DNA of 63,954 nt, filler included, from Stramenopiles sp. TOSAG23-2 (lineage: Eukaryota), in assembly GCA_900128395.1 (NCBI GenBank). It is 3 parts of 3 records of this genome, joined end to end, with 100 filler letters (N's around TTAATTAATTAA, not from the genome) between each part and the next. Parts side by side here need not be neighbours in the genome. Positions count along the whole stretch, not along the records: positions 43,667 to 63,954 come from LT649560.1; 2 more parts are not named here. One strand, written 5' to 3'. The translations under genes were made by a program, and so were the position numbers. Below the pieces are notes generated by a model that was not told where the DNA came from, searched no databases, and saw only the letters and a list, made by a program, of their open reading frames with translations. Below, one piece after another: positions 59,471 through 63,954 of the stretch. Positions within the stretch are counted from its first letter, which is position 1. Each line of letters starts with the position of its first letter.

Positions 59471-60871
59471 TTACAACTCTAAATTCTGAAGAATATTAAT
59501 TTTTTTATTTTCAATTAATGTTTGTAAACCACTGATCAAATCAATTACAGAATTTGTTGAATATGGTACATTATATTCTTTAAAGGTTTGTTGCATAATG
59601 TCGCGGTAAAGATGGTGTTTACTATGATCAATGCCTGGAAATAAATGATGTGCTGTATGATCATTTAAAAAACCATACATGCATAACGATAAGTAATTCC
59701 CAGAAAAACTCCCATCTGATAAATGTAATGAATGATCGGATGTACTCATCACTTGATGCCTGCCAAAATCAGTACTTGCACCTGCTTGCCCTTCATGCCA
59801 TGCTGCTGTATCTCTTTGCTCCGTCCCATCTTGGCCACCTTGTTTCGCACTATGATGAACTGCTAATGCACCAGGGGCAAATCCTAATACGAAAGATGAA
59901 CATTGTATAGCAAATAATAAAAATCCTTTCATAATACCTTGGTGGTATATATAATGTAATAATTGTAATGTTGGTAAACTGTGTGCCCATTCATCTAGCT
60001 CAACATTAGCAATGCCATTTTTTTCAATTGCATTATTTAATAAATTAATTTTTGTCAATGCTGGTTGAAAAGCAAATGCCGCACTTAAACCATTCCATTG
60101 CCAAAATTTCTTCATTCCCTTTCGTGTTTCCATTTGTGTATCATCTGTAAAAACACCACCTGGTAAAAATGGAAATACATGTTCAATCGAAGTAGCTTCC
60201 CAATCTTGATGTAAGTTTGTATATTGATGATGTGATAAACAATGTGTTATTCTAGTCATTCGACTGGACCAATACGTTAAATCAACACCATATCTAAACC
60301 ATCCTAACGTTTTATCTGCTTGATGCATTGAATTATGCCCAACACCCCATGTACCAATTAATGCTAAGCCACTCAAAGCAGATAAGATATATGAACCAAA
60401 CATTGCCGCGCTTGAATGGACAATAAAAAATTGAAAAATAACAAGATAATTAATTAATTTCATTTTCCAATCAGGTGCAGTAGCTTCCATTGTAGTTTTT
60501 GCCTTTGTTTTCTCCAACAATGTTAATAATACTCTTTTCTTTAACATGTTGTAAAATTCATATGGATCGTATATAAATGTGCGAGATTGCTGTCCTATTT
60601 TTTTCTCCTTCATTTTCTCTTCAAGATGATCGTAATAATAAAATTGTACAAAATAATACTCTTTTCTTTAACATGTTGTAAAATTCATATGGATCGTATA
60701 TAAATGTGCGAGATTGCTGTCCTATTTTTTTCTCCTTCATTTTCTCTTCAAGATGTTTTGGAATTTGCAATGCTTTTTTACGTGCAATACCATTTTCTTT
60801 TTTTAATGCAGTATCATTATTTACAACTAATCCACCACTGAGTGTCTCCTCTGCTGTTGGTGTTTGGTCAT

Positions 60872-60904
<33 letters not shown>

Positions 60905-61274
60905 TGTTTGTCTCAAAAACCATTAACTCCTCATCTGTACAATCTTGTACGTAAAAATTTGATAGAACGTTATCTACACGTTTCATGTCCAAATGATGCG
61001 ATTCATAAGCTTCTGTACAATCATGACCTTGTGTAAATTCTATAAATTGTTTTCCTCCCGGATGAAACTTTGCAAACTCTTTTAAATCATATAATTTATT
61101 CTTTATTCTCCATAAATGTTGATATTTAGGTTTCGTATCAGCTGTTTTTTTCGACTTCAACCAATCTATTGCATTAGCACCTGCACGTTTACCTGGAAGT
61201 GGCTGCCGGTTGCGATTTAATGGCGGGACAATTGGATAGTTACGATTTGGAAATATTTGATATTGTCTCGACAT
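59471..61274 (-). CDS. Cytochrome b5-fused desaturase-like protein (Cyt-b5-related type), ~558 aa after removing 60525-60651
   Basis: HPGG heme motif and His boxes HNSMH, HCLSHH and HTAHH. A 127-bp duplication plus filler splits the ORF. Confidence 0.85.
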
Positions 61275-61827
61275 ATATATATTATTCTCAGTTTGAATAA
61301 ACTAAAATGAATAGTTATATGATAAATATTATTACTACGCACGCGTTTAGTATTCTATAAATATAATTGTTATTCTAATGGGATAATAGAAAAAAATATA
61401 CAAGAAGAGTTTATAATAATAATGATATGCCTGTGCCAAAAGATTAGGGGGAGGGGGGGATTGAAAATAAAAATAAATTAAAAGAAGAAGCAGATGTTGT
61501 TTGAAATGTTATTATTTTGGTTATTGTTTCTTCTTCTTCTTTGTATAATAATATTATTTTTGTAATGTACATGGTTATGAATATTGTATGTGTATACAAT
61601 ACCAAGTATATAATAGGCCTAACTATTATATAATAATATTCGTCGCTATACACGATAAACAAGGGCACCGCCGTGCACCGTGCACCGTGTCCAGGTATAG
61701 TTGCTATCCAGCTATATGCCAGTATGCATCACTTATCCTATAATATAAATACGCGTATGATATTTGCCCTCTCGAAAATAAACTTCTTTAGAAAATACAC
61801 ACACCACTCAAAACGGCAACAAAATGT

Positions 61828-62190
61828 CTACCTCTCCATTGCCATTGCATTTGCTTCTAATCTATCCTGTTTTTCCTCTTCCTCTCGTTGTTTTATCTTT
61901 GCTCTACCTTTTTGCAATCTTTTTTTACGATCTTTGAAACCACCACGAGCATTAGCCCGTTTTTGCCGTTTCCTTTCATTTTCTGCTTTAATCTTACGCA
62001 ATTCTTCAGCTTTTTCTTCCTCTTGTTTGATAAAGCATTTTGGTTTTTCCCATTGGGTTTTTTGAGTCAATTTATTAAAATAATACGTCTCCTCCGTTTC
62101 TTCATCCTTAAGAACATCCCATAACGATGTTTCACCTAAATATTTTGCATCATCCAGTAATTGTTTTTGTCTAGCTTTTTCGGTGCAGCT
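61828..62190 (-). CDS. 3' fragment or last exon of a WW-domain coiled-coil protein
   Basis: WDVLKDEETEETYYFNKLTQKTQWEKP. The upstream sequence runs into the repeat element. Confidence 0.6.
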   Translation of the reverse strand, partial: SCTEKARQKQLLDDAKYLGETSLWDVLKDEETEETYYFNKLTQKTQWEKPKCFIKQEEEKAEELRKIKAENERKRQKRANARGGFKDRKKRLQKGRAKIKQREEEEKQDRLEANAMAMER

Positions 62191-62235
62191 AGTGTTGTGA
62201 TACAATTTTAGTACAGTAATTCCGTAATTAGCCAC

Positions 62236-63954
62236 TCAGGGAAAAGACCGGAATTCCAGCATAAGCTCCGCCGGTTTTGATGTTTCTCTTCCATTTTCGG
62301 CGTCAGCTTTCGTACTATTGATACAGCAGGTGTTATTTTAAGTAATATTTCCATTTTCGTCATTTCAGATATTTATATTTTTACTATAACCTTAGGCTTC
62401 ACAAAGTTGTTTTTTGTATGGTTAAATGTGCCTATATTTATCTAATAAATTTGCAAATTTCATTTATTTTTTTATTTACCATTGAATAGCATTAGTAGAG
62501 TTAGACAAGCTTAGATAAACACATACATACATACATATACATATATATATATATGTAAGAAATTGTTCAATATGTTTTTATATATGTATTAATAAAAACT
62601 TTCAATCATAATATTTAATATTGTATACATTTAAATATATATTTGAAAGATTTTAACAAAATTTTTTTTCTGAAAACAAGATAGCATTACTAGGTGAAAT
62701 ATTTCTTCGTACTTAAAGATTACCAAATTTAAACATATAACCCTAATTTTAGTTTATTTGTCTTTTTAAGGTAGTGAGAATCTATTTTGATAAAAATTAG
62801 AAAATCACATGGTAAAATCATATTTTGTACTAATATTTTAGTATATATTTTACAATACAAAAAAAGTGTATTTAATAGGAAAAATCATAAAATAATCAAG
62901 GAAAAACAAAAAAAAAGCTCATTATCATTACAAATTTATATATTGTACGATACTTACTAATATACAACAACACTGTGTTACTATTTAACACTACATACCA
63001 TTAATATAATTACTCAACCTTGCAATTTGTTTCTTTTTTACAAGATGCAAAATATTCCTATCAAATAATACAAGTAGTTTGTACTTAAATTGTAATTTTT
63101 TTATCGTTTGTTATTTTTAAGCTATTTTTCAATTATTGTCATTATACTTAAATTGCTGTTTTAAACTGTAATAAACAGAAAATTAGGGTTCAATGATGTG
63201 CACTGTTATATTCGAACGTATACTTTAAGTATACATCCTATATATTAAAATGATACATTTTAGAAGAACTTTTTAAAAATACTTTTCAAAACTTATTCAA
63301 ATGTATATAAATTTACATATTGTATTTGGAGGATTTAATTTATATATAAATAAAAACATAATGAACAATATTTTATATAATTATATTGATTTATATGTAT
63401 ATATGTATATGTTTATCTATGTTGTTCTAACTCTACTAATGCTATTCAATGCTATATGAAAATAACAAATAAAATACCTTAACTATTTAGAGTTACTATA
63501 TGGAAATAACAGGTACATAAAACTTATTTAATCTAATGATATCGCCGTACTAAATTAGCTGACGCTGATAATGGAAGAGGTGGCGAAGCTTATAGTCTAT
63601 TTTACTATGTAGGGAAAAGACCGCATCTCAGGGAAAAGACCGATTTTAAGCACTTGCTGTGTTCATATGAGTTTTGGGAAAAGACCGCTAAGGAGAACAC
63701 ACCATTGGACCTTCCGGTCTTTTCCCTCGGTCTTTTCCCTGAGCTAGTCTATTTTACTAGTAGGGAAAAGACCGATTTTAAGCACTTGCTGTGTTCATAT
63801 GAGTTTTGGGAAAAGACCGCTAAGGAGAACACAACATTACAACTTCCGGTCTTTTCCCTGACCGAGGGAAAAGACCGAGGGAAAAGACCGGAAGGTACAT
63901 AGTGTGTCCATGCTAGATTTAGGGAAAAGACCGATCATATTTCTAGGATGGACA
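62236..63954. mobile_element. Foldback-type element: long degenerate palindrome plus GGGAAAAGACCG motif array
   Basis: Arms match at 62286-62308/63557-63579, 62480-62505/63426-63451 (26/26) and 62739-62757/63171-63190. An 18-bp inverted pair lies at 62236-62253/63844-63861. There are 12 copies of the 12-mer. Confidence 0.7.

Noticed and set aside
63594-63954. CRISPR-like repeat-spacer pattern
   Set aside because: The motif is only 12 bp, occurs in both orientations at irregular spacing, and the intervening sequences are themselves duplicated.
1-63954. Alternative genetic code, tRNA or rRNA genes
   Set aside because: TAA and TGA terminate conserved genes at expected positions and TAG ends other long ORFs. 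No tRNA or rRNA signature was recognised by eye.

Overview
AT-rich unicellular eukaryote DNA with the standard genetic code, few short GT-AG introns with CTAAC branch points, and SmD1, Sfi1-like and SDHAF3 genes. A heterotrophic flagellate such as a marine stramenopile is my inference, not proven. The window is three contigs (1-21790, 21891-43566, 43667-63954, in decreasing length) joined by artificial N44-TTAATTAATTAA-N44 linkers, so there is no synteny across the linkers. About 27 genes are supported. Main points: (1) a B12-dependent class II ribonucleotide reductase with a mitochondrial-type presequence, head-to-head with OTC; (2) a divergent histidine-catabolism pair, a spliced eukaryote-type urocanase plus an intronless bacterial-type HutI; (3) a secreted 8-Cys peptide gene with a 15-nt micro-exon that the ORF track missed; (4) two paralogous 42-aa TPR arrays with site-restricted variability; (5) a ~1.35 kb foldback element with 12 GGGAAAAGACCG motifs and two MITE-like elements; (6) a recurrent TACC(W)GGTA palindrome upstream of genes. 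Many near-exact 56-345 bp tandem duplications and one terminal chimera are probably amplification or assembly artefacts, and they break several ORFs.
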